A stretch of DNA of 60,396 bases, counting the filler, from Nitrospirae bacterium CG2_30_53_67 (GTDB lineage Bacteria > CG2-30-53-67), in NCBI GenBank assembly GCA_001873285.1. It is 5 parts of 5 records of this genome, joined end to end, with 100 filler letters (N's around TTAATTAATTAA, not from the genome) between each part and the next. Parts side by side here need not be neighbours in the genome. Positions count along the whole stretch, not along the records: positions 1 to 10,187 come from MNYV01000153.1; positions 10,288 to 20,265 come from MNYV01000069.1; 3 more parts are not named here. One strand, 5' to 3'. Below the pieces are notes generated by a model. That model ran no database searches and was not told where the DNA came from. It was given only the letters and a program-made list of their open reading frames with translations. Shown one piece after another: positions 9,029 through 17,855 of this stretch (the first letter of the stretch is position 1; every line of letters starts with the position of its first letter). The position numbers and the translations under genes were made by a program.

Positions 9029-9322
9029 TTGCTTCATATCGTGAACAAATCACCTTTTAAATTCCGGAACCTGGACAGTTGTATCCGGATCGCCAAGGAT
9101 GATGATCCCATCATGCTGATCGAGGACGGTGTCTACGCCGCGCTGACCGGGACCGCCCTTGAGAAAATGATGAAGGGAGCCTTGAAGACCCATCCCGTGT
9201 TCGCCATCCAGGCGGATCTCAAGGCTCGGGGTGTGGACAGGATCATCGAGGGGATACAGGTTTGCGACTATTCCTGTTTCGTAACGCTCGTCGAAAAGCA
9301 CGTACCCTATTCCTGGCTGTAA
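9029..9322 (+). CDS. dsrH: DsrH
   Basis: LHIVNKSPF, LDSC, LIEDGVYAA, DLKARG, C-terminal SWL; TTG start with AGGAGG RBS. Confidence 0.92.
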   Translation: MLHIVNKSPFKFRNLDSCIRIAKDDDPIMLIEDGVYAALTGTALEKMMKGALKTHPVFAIQADLKARGVDRIIEGIQVCDYSCFVTLVEKHVPYSWL

Positions 9323-9328
9323 TGAAAA

Positions 9329-9994
9329 TTGATGGGTGATCCCAAAGAGGCTGTAAAGGAATTCTTAAGAGATAAAAAATACCAGGAGATCCTGAACCTG
9401 GCGGGTGAAAATCGAAAAATGGTCAGGCTCCTTCGGTCCATCCTATACGATGAGGAGCCGATCATCAGGTGGCGGGCGGTGACCCTGTTAGGCAGGCTCG
9501 CCGTGGAAAAACCCGGCTGGATCAAAAACGAGGTCAGCCGGCTGCTCTGGACGCTGAACGACGAATCAGGCTCGATAGGAAGGGCCGCTCCGGAGACTAT
9601 CGGGGAGATCGCAAGGAACAACATCCGCCTTGCAGAAGATGCCGTCAAGGTGGTCATACAATATCTCAAGGATCCGGAGACCTGCCGGTCTCCGAACCGG
9701 AATATAGACATCCTGACCGGGGTGCTCTGGGCCATAGGGAGAGTGGGGAACAGGCGCCCATCTCTGGTCACGAAAGTCATCCCGGTGATTGAATCTTTTC
9801 TCGTAGATCCTGAGCCCTCGGTCAGAGGCCATGCCGCCTGGTGCCTGGGTCAGATCGGCGTGAAAAGCGCCAAGGAGGGGCTTGAGCGGCTGATCCATGA
9901 TGAAGCAAGGTTCCTGCTGTATGAAGATGACGAATTGCAGGAGCAAGCGGTCGGCATGATTTCCGGAAGGGCGCTGCGCCTGATTGGGAATTAA
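9329..9994 (+). CDS. HEAT-repeat protein (DVU0298-like family)
   Basis: RLLWTLNDESGSIG..APETIGEI and DPEPSVRGHAAWCLG HEAT/PBS-lyase-like repeats. Confidence 0.75.
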   Translation: MMGDPKEAVKEFLRDKKYQEILNLAGENRKMVRLLRSILYDEEPIIRWRAVTLLGRLAVEKPGWIKNEVSRLLWTLNDESGSIGRAAPETIGEIARNNIRLAEDAVKVVIQYLKDPETCRSPNRNIDILTGVLWAIGRVGNRRPSLVTKVIPVIESFLVDPEPSVRGHAAWCLGQIGVKSAKEGLERLIHDEARFLLYEDDELQEQAVGMISGRALRLIGN

Positions 9995-10187
9995 GGTTCA
10001 TCTCCAAAAGAGTGGGTGAAAACATCAGGGGTCAAGGGGTCAAGGATTCCAGGGGTCAAGTGAAGTGCTTTTCAAGACTTGAGGGTCCGAGGGGCCAAGG
10101 ATTCAAGGGGTCGAGTGAAGTGCTAAAAACATCAGGGTTCAAGGGTTACTGTGTTTTTCTCTGGAGATTTTGCTTGCATTTAAGTAT
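9994..10187. repeat. MITE-like element with GGGGTCAA arrays (copy B, left part, cut by contig end)
   Basis: AGGTTCATCTCCAAAAGAGTGGGTGAAAACATC followed by GGGGTCAA/GGATTCCA arrays and TGTTTTTCTCTGGAGATTTTGCTTGC core; starts in the TAA stop of the upstream gene. Confidence 0.75.
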
Positions 10188-10287
10188 NNNNNNNNNNNNN
10201 NNNNNNNNNNNNNNNNNNNNNNNNNNNNNNNTTAATTAATTAANNNNNNNNNNNNNNNNNNNNNNNNNNNNNNNNNNNNNNNNNNNN
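10188..10287. other. Artificial contig spacer
   Basis: 100 bp of N with central TTAATTAATTAA (stops in all frames). Confidence 0.97.
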
Positions 10288-10484
10288 GAAAACATCAGGG
10301 GTCAAGGGGTCCAGGATTCCAGGGGTCAAGTGAGGTGCTAAGAACATAAGGGGCCGAGGGTCCTAGGGTTCAAGGATTCCAGTGTTTTTCTCTGGAGATT
10401 TTGCTTGCGTTTAAGTATTTCACTTGACCCCTTGAACCCTGGAATCCTCGAACCCTTTTTACCCACTAAATGGGAGAAGAACCT
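10288..10484. repeat. MITE-like element (copy C, right part)
   Basis: GGGGTCAA arrays, shared core, inverted CACTTGACCCCTTGAACCCTGGAATCC; right end ACCCACTAAATGGGAGAAGAACCT is an imperfect inverse of the copy B left end. Confidence 0.75.
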
Positions 10485-10630
10485 TAAATAAAAATTAAAG
10501 ATAAAGAATCAAAAATCAAAATGCCATAGAATCAAATTGCGCCTGTTTTGCAATATTGTTATAGTACCTGACCAGGTGCGAGCCCTATTAGAGGCATCAA
10601 GGTCTTTTACGGGATAAAGGAGAAACACTC

Positions 10631-11239
10631 TTGAAATGGCATTACCTCATACTCCCGGTGATCGGCGCCGTCATCGGATGGATCACAAACTACATCGCCA
10701 TCAAGATGCTTTTCAGGCCTTACCGGCCCGTGCGCATCCTAGGGTTCACTTTTCAAGGCCTGCTCCCGAAGAGAAGAAAGGAGTTCGCAGCCAGCATCGC
10801 CAGGACCGTAGAGAGGGACCTCCTCACCGTGGAGGACATCACACGCTTCTTCGAGGGGGTCGAATGGGAGGAAGAGGTGGATCTGGCCGTGGCACAGACC
10901 TTCGAGGCCCGGATGAAAAGCAGGACGCTCGGGAGGATCCTGAAAACCCCGATTCTGGGACTGATCGGGAGCGAGATCCTCCGGCAGATTCAGAAGAGCC
11001 TGACCCATAAGATCATCGCAAAGATTGAAGAGCAAAAAGGCCGGCTGGTCGAAAAATTCCAGAATGCCATCGAGCTCAAGGAGGTGGTTTCCAGGAAGGT
11101 GGAGGGATTCAACATGGAGAAGATCGAGTCCCTGCTCATGGACCTGATTTCCCAAGAGCTCACCTATATCGAGTTCGTGGGCGCGGTTCTCGGCTTTATC
11201 ATCGGCTTCGTCCAGATGATCATACTCATTGTCTTATAG
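10631..11239 (+). CDS. DUF445 family membrane protein
   Basis: GAVIGWITNYIAIKMLFRP...QGLLPKRR; C-terminal ELTYIEFVGAVLGFIIG. Confidence 0.88.
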   Translation: MKWHYLILPVIGAVIGWITNYIAIKMLFRPYRPVRILGFTFQGLLPKRRKEFAASIARTVERDLLTVEDITRFFEGVEWEEEVDLAVAQTFEARMKSRTLGRILKTPILGLIGSEILRQIQKSLTHKIIAKIEEQKGRLVEKFQNAIELKEVVSRKVEGFNMEKIESLLMDLISQELTYIEFVGAVLGFIIGFVQMIILIVL

Positions 11240-11257
11240 AAGGCGGCTCATCAGAAC

Positions 11258-12091
11258 ATGGCAAAAGGGAAACTCTACATCGTGGCCACACCCATCGGGA
11301 ATCTGGAGGATATGACCCTGCGGGCGATCCGAACCCTGAAATCCGCGGGGCTGATCGCGGCCGAGGATACCAGGCATTCATTGAAGCTCCTGAAGCGCTA
11401 CGGCATCACGACGCCCATGACCAGCTACCATGACTTCACGAGCGAGGGGAAGCGGAATCAGCTCATCCGGAAGATGCTAAGAGGAACCGACCTCGCGCTG
11501 ATCTCCGATGCCGGGACCCCTGGTATCTCCGACCCGGGTTACCGCCTGATCAGAGAGGCCCTCGAACAGGGAATCGAAGTCTGCACGGCGCCCGGACCTT
11601 CGGTCCTCGCTGCGGCGCTCTCCGTGTCCGGACTCCCCACGGATTCTTTTTTCTTCAAAGGGTATCTCCCGAATCGGGCAGGTCCCCGAAGGGCCTGTCT
11701 GCATGAGCTCAAGTCAAGAACAGAGACCCTCATCCTCTTTGAGACGCCTCACCGGATCCTCTCCGCCCTCCGGGAGATGCTGGATATCCTGGGTGACCGG
11801 CGGATCGCCGTGGTCCGGGAACTCACCAAACTCCATGAAGAGATCTTCCGTGGCGGGATCGAACAGGCCCTTGATCATTTCCGAACCCAGGAGAGGATTC
11901 GGGGTGAGTTCACGCTTGTTGTCGAGGGGTTCGCCTCGGGAGAGGACCCAAAGATTGAAATCGATCTCGCCTCCGAGATCAGGAAGGTGATCCGGGAACA
12001 GAAGGTCTCCCGGAAGGAGGCGGTCCGAATCGTGGCTGAGGCATGCGGCCTTCCCAAAAAAGAGGTCTACCGGGAAAGTCTGAAAGGATAA
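11258..12091 (+). CDS. rsmI: 16S rRNA (cytidine1402-2'-O)-methyltransferase
   Basis: LYIVATPIGNLED, AEDTR, SDAGTPGISDPG, RELTKLHEE. Confidence 0.96.
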   Translation: MAKGKLYIVATPIGNLEDMTLRAIRTLKSAGLIAAEDTRHSLKLLKRYGITTPMTSYHDFTSEGKRNQLIRKMLRGTDLALISDAGTPGISDPGYRLIREALEQGIEVCTAPGPSVLAAALSVSGLPTDSFFFKGYLPNRAGPRRACLHELKSRTETLILFETPHRILSALREMLDILGDRRIAVVRELTKLHEEIFRGGIEQALDHFRTQERIRGEFTLVVEGFASGEDPKIEIDLASEIRKVIREQKVSRKEAVRIVAEACGLPKKEVYRESLKG

Positions 12092-12095
12092 TTCG

Positions 12096-12173
12096 GTTCA
12101 AACCGTTTAAACCGTTCAAGCCGTTCAAAGCGTTCAAGCTGCTTGAACGCTTAAACCTTTGAACCCTTTGAAC
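12096..12173. repeat. Inverted array of 9-mer tandem repeats
   Basis: Five GTTCAAACC-like units, then inverse TTGAAC units; core GCGTTCAAGC-T-GCTTGAACGC. Confidence 0.8.
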
Positions 12174-12195
12174 TGTCTTTTAACATAAGGAGTTC

Positions 12196-13323
12196 ATGAT
12201 GGAACCGAGTCCGGTCTATTTTATCTCGGCAAGGGCGACCAAGTGGTCCTACAAACTCAGTCTGGCAGGACGATTGGAGTCTCTTCTCCATGAGATTTCC
12301 CTATCCAGATACATCAACAAAGATGAAACGGTGGCCATCAAGACGCATTTCGGTTCCGAAGGGGCGCACCGTGTGGTCCGGCCCCTTTTTGTCCGGAAGG
12401 TGGTTCAGGCCGTGCTTGAGAGCGGGGGAAAGCCGTTTGTCACCGATACGGTCCGGATCCAAGGCCTTGACTACCTGCAGGTGGCCGGCGAAAACGGAAT
12501 CAATGCCCTCTCCTGTGGAGCGCCGGTCCTGCTTGCGGACGGGATCTTCGGAAACGACCATGTCCCGGTCCCTTCCGGGGATCTGCAGGGAGAGGTGTTC
12601 GTGGCCTCAGCCGTCTACGATGCACCGGCCATGGTGGTCCTCTCCCATTTCAAGGGCCATTTCAATGCAGGGATCGGAGGGGCCATCAAGAACCTCGCCA
12701 TGGGATGTCTCTCCGGTTCCAGCAGGAACCGGGACTGGAAACACGGGCGGGGAGGAATACACGCCCACATGGAAGGGCTGCTTCAATGGGACCAGGAGAA
12801 GTGCAGCCGGTGCGACCAGTGCGTGGAGGTCTGCCCCCTCTTCGCCTGCAGTTTTGAAAACGAGATCTTTACCTGCGACACGAAAAAATGCTGGCGCTGC
12901 GGAAGGTGCGTACGGGTCTGTCCTGAGCAGGCGCTGGACCTCCCCGCGGATCAAGAACGCTTTCACAAAGGGCTTGCAGAATCCGCCCGTGCGGTCCTAT
13001 CCACGTTCAAGGAGAAGAAAATCCTGTATGCGAATTTTCTTCTCGAGATTCAGCCGGAATGCGACTGCATGCCCGCAGCCGACGTGCCCGTCATCCAGGA
13101 TATCGGCATCCTCATCTCAGACGACTTGGTGGCCGTGGATCAGGCCTCCCTGGACCTGCTCCGGGAAAGCCCGCCTCTTCCCGGATCCGCGGCAGAGGAC
13201 AAGGGGATCAGGCCCGGAGAGGACATTATGCTCAAACTGCATCAAGTTGACGGACAAAAACAGATTGATTATGCCTTTGAACTCGGTTTGGGCAGCAAGG
13301 CATATACCCTCATCAAACGCTAA
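12196..13323 (+). CDS. DUF362 family protein with 2x[4Fe-4S] ferredoxin insert
   Basis: VAIKTHFG, SHFKGH, GGAIKNLAMG, CSRCDQCVEVC, CWRCGRCVRVC, PECDC, DLVAVDQAS. Confidence 0.9.
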   Translation: MMEPSPVYFISARATKWSYKLSLAGRLESLLHEISLSRYINKDETVAIKTHFGSEGAHRVVRPLFVRKVVQAVLESGGKPFVTDTVRIQGLDYLQVAGENGINALSCGAPVLLADGIFGNDHVPVPSGDLQGEVFVASAVYDAPAMVVLSHFKGHFNAGIGGAIKNLAMGCLSGSSRNRDWKHGRGGIHAHMEGLLQWDQEKCSRCDQCVEVCPLFACSFENEIFTCDTKKCWRCGRCVRVCPEQALDLPADQERFHKGLAESARAVLSTFKEKKILYANFLLEIQPECDCMPAADVPVIQDIGILISDDLVAVDQASLDLLRESPPLPGSAAEDKGIRPGEDIMLKLHQVDGQKQIDYAFELGLGSKAYTLIKR

Positions 13324-13434
13324 GTGAAAAAATAGGTAAATGAACAGAAAAACTTGACAAAGACACCAGAAACGTTATATAAATTTTTTTTGAAAGTATT
13401 TTTTATGTCATTTTTACAGTCAGAGGGCGTGATC

Positions 13435-14106
13435 ATGCCTGCAACCATCCTGGTCGTAGATGACTCGGCAGACAATGTCGAAGTCTTGAATACCGTACTC
13501 AAGTACAACCAGTACCAGGTCCTCCCTGCATCCAATGGAGAGGAAGCCATCCGGACCGCCAAGGAGAACCAGCCGGATCTGATCCTGATGGACGTGATCA
13601 TGCCCGGCATGGACGGCATCACCGCCTGCCGCGTCCTTCACCACGACGAAAAGACCAGGGGGATCCCGGTCATCATGATCACGGCCAAGAACGATCCTGA
13701 AGACCTGAAAATCGGACTTGAGGCCGGGGCCGTGGACTACGTGAGAAAACCTTTTGTGATTGTGGAACTGCTTGCGAGGGTCAACGCGGCGCTGCGCCTT
13801 AAACAGGCCCAGGACAAACTGGTGGAACAGGAAAAAAAGCTTGCCATTATGGAACTGGCCGGGGCCGCAGCCCACGAACTGAACCAGCCCTTGACGGTCA
13901 TCAATTGCCAGATTAAACTCCTCGAAGAATCCTTGGAACCGCTAAAAGAAAAACCGAGCCGGGAAATTGAAATTATTCATGAGTCCGTGGCCAGGATGAC
14001 CGAGATTATCCGGAAGATCGGGAACATCACCGAGTACAAAACCAAGGAATATGTGCTGGGTGACAAGATCATCGATCTGGAACAGGCCAGCGAGGATGAG
14101 GAATAA
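13435..14106 (+). CDS. Response regulator (REC) with C-terminal HisKA-like helix and no ATPase domain
   Basis: ILVVDD, DLILMDVIMPGMDG, KPF; AHELNQPL H-box. Confidence 0.85.
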   Translation: MPATILVVDDSADNVEVLNTVLKYNQYQVLPASNGEEAIRTAKENQPDLILMDVIMPGMDGITACRVLHHDEKTRGIPVIMITAKNDPEDLKIGLEAGAVDYVRKPFVIVELLARVNAALRLKQAQDKLVEQEKKLAIMELAGAAAHELNQPLTVINCQIKLLEESLEPLKEKPSREIEIIHESVARMTEIIRKIGNITEYKTKEYVLGDKIIDLEQASEDEE

Positions 14107-14170
14107 CCCCCGTTGCATTCTAAAAAATCCTCTTCCAACCGCTTGACCATTCAGTTTCCTCTCTTTTCTC

Positions 14171-14199
14171 TTGACATAAAAAATTCAAACATTTACTTT
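14171..14199 (+). promoter_or_regulatory. sigma70-like promoter
   Basis: TTGACA-N17-TACTTT upstream of the Rrf2 gene. Confidence 0.55.
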
Positions 14200-14238
14200 A
14201 TTAATTGAATCTGAGTTGTATTTTTTTGATGGGGTGAT

Positions 14239-14667
14239 ATGGAACTGACACGTGCAGCAGACTACGCCCTGAGAGGGGTCTTATACCTCTCTCTCCAACC
14301 CGAGAATAACATCTGCATCATCAGTGAGATTGCCGAACGAATGGATATCCCTGAAGGTTTCTTGGCCCGGATCTTTCAAATCCTCGGAAAAAGCGGAATC
14401 ATACGGTCCCACCGCGGGAAGAAGGGCGGGTTCTCTTTGGCCAAACTCCCTGAACAGATCCATATGAAAGAAGTCATTGAAGCCATGGAAGGCCCCCTTT
14501 ACCTGAACCGGTGCCTGTCGGATTTCGGCGACTGTAGTCGAAAGGAACTCTGTTCACTTCACGAGGTCTGGGTTGATGTGCAAGAAACCGCGATAAAAAC
14601 CTTGGAAGGGACCCACTTCGATCAACTGGCAAAAAGAACCGCTGAGAAGCTCGCCGGCAAGGGATAG
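14239..14667 (+). CDS. Rrf2 family transcriptional regulator, probably Fe-S binding
   Basis: ADYALR, SHRGKKGGFSLAK; three Cys (NRC, GDC, ELC). Confidence 0.92.
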   Translation: MELTRAADYALRGVLYLSLQPENNICIISEIAERMDIPEGFLARIFQILGKSGIIRSHRGKKGGFSLAKLPEQIHMKEVIEAMEGPLYLNRCLSDFGDCSRKELCSLHEVWVDVQETAIKTLEGTHFDQLAKRTAEKLAGKG

Positions 14668-14734
14668 ATGACCCATCTTCTGAAGCCCGTTTCTCTCTTT
14701 GCCTCCAAGAGAAAAAACAAAATGGAGTTGTCTG

Positions 14735-15682
14735 ATGCAGATCATCCGGGACCTTGATCGACTCAATAAAACGTTTCCTTATCCTGTGGTCACCCTCGGG
14801 AACTATGACGGCGTCCATCTCGGCCACCAGCAAATTTTCCGAAAGGTCATCGAAAGCGCCCGCCGTCATAACGGCGCCGCCGTCATCTTCACCTTCGAGC
14901 CCCATCCGCTTCAGGTTCTTTCCCCCTCCACCTGCCCCCCGCTTCTGAATACCTTCCGCCGGAAAATGGAACTCTTTGAGTCTTTCGGCATTGATCTGGT
15001 CATATGCGCCGAGTTTACCCGTGATTTCGCATCCATCTCCCCGGAAGATTTCGTGAAGGAGATCCTTGTGGAGAAGATCGGCGTGAAAGAAATCTTCGTG
15101 GGTTATGATTACGCATTCGGAAGGGGCAAGCAGGGCACCACAGAGGCCCTCATCCGGATGGGCGGGCAATATCATTTCAAGGCCTTGATCGTTGAGGCCT
15201 ATACCCTAAACGGCGAGGTCGTGAGCGCCACACGCATCCGTGAACTGGTCCAGGAAGGAAAGATGGAGGATACGGCAAGGATGCTCGGCCGTCTTTATGC
15301 CACCGAAGGGATCGTCGTGCCGGGCGACCACAGGGGAAAGTCCCTGGGATTCCCGACGGCCAACATTGAACCGCACAACCAGATCTATCCGAAACCGGGG
15401 GTCTATGCCGTCCAGGTGGAACACCGAGGGCGGCGGCTGAACGGCGTGGTGAATATCGGAACCCATCCGACTTTCGGAGAAGGCAAAACCACCATTGAAG
15501 TCCATATCTCTGACTTCCATGAGGAGATCTACGGCCAGTTCGTCAGAATCCTCTATGCAAAGAGAATCCGGGATGAAATCGCCTTTAAAAACAAGGAGGA
15601 ACTGATCCGCCGGATTCAAAAGGACATCGAAGCAGCGGAGAAGATTTTCAAAATAATAAAAACACAAGGCGCTCATCCATGA
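14735..15682 (+). CDS. ribF: Bifunctional riboflavin kinase / FAD synthetase
   Basis: GNYDGVHLGHQ, TFEPHP, VSATRIR, GFPTAN, IEVHI. Confidence 0.96.
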   Translation: MQIIRDLDRLNKTFPYPVVTLGNYDGVHLGHQQIFRKVIESARRHNGAAVIFTFEPHPLQVLSPSTCPPLLNTFRRKMELFESFGIDLVICAEFTRDFASISPEDFVKEILVEKIGVKEIFVGYDYAFGRGKQGTTEALIRMGGQYHFKALIVEAYTLNGEVVSATRIRELVQEGKMEDTARMLGRLYATEGIVVPGDHRGKSLGFPTANIEPHNQIYPKPGVYAVQVEHRGRRLNGVVNIGTHPTFGEGKTTIEVHISDFHEEIYGQFVRILYAKRIRDEIAFKNKEELIRRIQKDIEAAEKIFKIIKTQGAHP

Positions 15683-16692
15683 AAACATCCCGTAAACAAA
15701 TCTGGTTCGGAATCATCCTCAGTCTGGTCCTGGTCATCCTCCTCCTGAACCGCACCGATTTTCATGCGCTTTCCGAGGCCTTCCGGCATGCCGATTATCT
15801 TTACTGCATCCCCATGATTGCGGTATCCCTCATCGGCATCCTCATCAGGGCCTACCGTTGGAAATTCATCATGAACCCCCTCCACCGGGCATCCATGTCG
15901 AACCTTTTCTCCGCCACCATGGTAGGCTTCATGGCCATTGACCTCCTCCCCGCCAGGATCGGAGAGATCATCCGGGCCCACCTGATCGGGGATAAGGAAG
16001 GGATCTCCAAAAGCGCCGCCTTCGGCACGATTGTGGTGGAGAGACTCTTCGACATCTTTACCGTCCTGGTGATCCTATCATGGATCCTGGTCATGGTCTC
16101 CCTTCCCGGAAGCCGGATCCAAGGGATCTACGTCAAGGCCCTCCGCGGAGCGGCCGTTGTCTTCTTCCCGGTATTCATTGCCTTCATCTGTTTTCTCATC
16201 CTGATCATGAAGAAGACCCAGGCGGCCATATCCTGGGCCCGAATAGGCCTCCGGCCGTTACCGGAATCATGGAGGAACAAGATCCTCACGATGTTAAACT
16301 CTTTTGTCTCCGGACTCGGCGCCATCCGCATGGGTGTGCACCTCATCCCCATCATCTTCTATTCTCTATTGATGTGGGGCCTATACGGCATGGGGAACGA
16401 ACTCATCCTTAAGGCCTTCCAGATCGATCTCCCGGTCTATGCCTCTTTCTATCTCCTTGTGGTCCAGGCGGTAGCGGTGGCCGTCCCGGCCTCCCCGGGA
16501 TTTGTAGGCACCTATCATGCGGCCGTGGTCGCGGGGCTGGCCGCTTTTCAGATTCCCAAGGAGGCCGCCCTCAGCTTTGCGATCCTTTCCCATTTTCTCA
16601 TATTCGTCCCTGTCATCCTGTGCGGGCTGCTCCTGGTATGGAAGGACCGCCTCTCTCTCCGGTCCCTGAAGACCGATGCCGGCAATGACTAA
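15679..16692 (+). CDS. Lysylphosphatidylglycerol synthase TM / UPF0104 flippase-like membrane protein
   Basis: RAYRW, LPARIGEIIRA, VERLFD, PASPGFVGTYH. Confidence 0.88.
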   Translation: MKTSRKQIWFGIILSLVLVILLLNRTDFHALSEAFRHADYLYCIPMIAVSLIGILIRAYRWKFIMNPLHRASMSNLFSATMVGFMAIDLLPARIGEIIRAHLIGDKEGISKSAAFGTIVVERLFDIFTVLVILSWILVMVSLPGSRIQGIYVKALRGAAVVFFPVFIAFICFLILIMKKTQAAISWARIGLRPLPESWRNKILTMLNSFVSGLGAIRMGVHLIPIIFYSLLMWGLYGMGNELILKAFQIDLPVYASFYLLVVQAVAVAVPASPGFVGTYHAAVVAGLAAFQIPKEAALSFAILSHFLIFVPVILCGLLLVWKDRLSLRSLKTDAGND

Positions 16693-17855
16693 CTCGTCCT
16701 CAGCGCCTCTACGATATTCATGCGGGAGGCCCGGACCGCGGGGAGGAGACCGCCGGCAAGGCCCATGATCAGCGAAAAACCCAGGGACTTATAGACGATT
16801 TCGAAGGTCAGAGAGAAGCTGAAGGCCAGTTCGGAAAACGTCTGGAAGTTCATGGTGGAGATGGTAAAAAGCTGGAGGAATGAAGCAAGGAAGAGGCCTG
16901 CGCATCCGCCTGTAAAACCGAGCAGGAGCGCTTCCGTGATAAAGGCGCCGAGGATGTCCCTTCGCTGGAACCCGAGGGCGCGCAGGACGCCGATTTCACT
17001 GACGCGGTTGGCCACGGCCGCATACATGGTGATCATGGCGCCGATAATTGCGCCGAGGGAGAATATGATGGTCAATGACATTCCCATGATCCGGAGGAAC
17101 TTGGCCATGACCTCGGACTGATCCGCATAATACGTGGTTTCCCGCTTGACCTCTACGGTCAGGCGGGGGTCGCTCTCCAGATCGGCCTTGAGCTTTTTGA
17201 ATTTTGACGGATCGCTGAGCTTGAAGATCACGGACGAATAGACCGGCCTGCGGAATGCCTGCATGAGCTGGTCCGCGTCCCCCCAAATTTCGGAGCTGAA
17301 ACCGGTGTTCCCTGAATCAAATACCCCGACCACGGTCCAGTCCCTCATGCCGAAGCGGAGGGTCTCCCCCATGCCGCCTCCCTTGAATCGTTTCGATATG
17401 TTCTGGCCGGCGATGATCTCGGATGAACCCGGCCTGGGCATCCGCCCCCGGGCCAGCTTCACCTGCGGCCGCAGAAAGAGCGATGGGTCGGAAATCCCCC
17501 GGATCACGACATTGGAGGGCTTGTCGGTCCCCCGCTTGGGAAGGCTGATCAGGACCACCACCTCTTTGGCCAGAAGCCTCCGCCCGTCCGTACCCATGGC
17601 CGCCTCGGGCCGGGTTTCCACGATGGAGGCCTGAAGCCGATCAATCCCGCTCTGGACTTCAGTCTCAGCCCCCTTCCGGATGACCACCACGTTATCGTAG
17701 GACCCGGTCTCCACGAGGGTCTTCCTGAGTCCTGCAGAGAGCATGAGGATCGATGCGAAAACAAGGACCACCAGGGCCATGCCGGAGGCGGTGAGCACGG
17801 TGGTGAGACGGCGGGTCAGGAGATTACGGTAACTGTATGAGAAGGGTATCTTCAT
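16689..17855 (-). CDS. ABC transporter permease (FtsX/MacB type)
   Basis: RNLLTRRLTTVLT; EIGVLRALGF; GGLLPAVRASRMNIVEALR. Confidence 0.92.
   Translation of the reverse strand: MKIPFSYSYRNLLTRRLTTVLTASGMALVVLVFASILMLSAGLRKTLVETGSYDNVVVIRKGAETEVQSGIDRLQASIVETRPEAAMGTDGRRLLAKEVVVLISLPKRGTDKPSNVVIRGISDPSLFLRPQVKLARGRMPRPGSSEIIAGQNISKRFKGGGMGETLRFGMRDWTVVGVFDSGNTGFSSEIWGDADQLMQAFRRPVYSSVIFKLSDPSKFKKLKADLESDPRLTVEVKRETTYYADQSEVMAKFLRIMGMSLTIIFSLGAIIGAMITMYAAVANRVSEIGVLRALGFQRRDILGAFITEALLLGFTGGCAGLFLASFLQLFTISTMNFQTFSELAFSFSLTFEIVYKSLGFSLIMGLAGGLLPAVRASRMNIVEALRTS

Noticed and set aside
8249..9322. dsrEFH as tusDCB tRNA-thiolation genes
   Set aside because: Sequence motifs resemble oxidiser DsrEFH, the neighbouring DsrC has both cysteines and the context is dsrMKJOP; a tree would settle it.
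10012..10239. 75-aa ORF MGENIRGQGVKDSRGQ...
   Set aside because: It is a translation of the 8-mer repeat element running into the N spacer.
722..10484. GGGGTCAA arrays as a CRISPR array
   Set aside because: Units are 8 bp and contiguous with no unique spacers, and no cas genes are present.
12290..13327. Long alternative-frame and antisense ORFs (e.g. 12290-13327, 4563-5504, 22087-23064, 57990-58928)
   Set aside because: They overlap well-supported genes, have no recognisable motifs and are expected shadows in GC-rich coding DNA.
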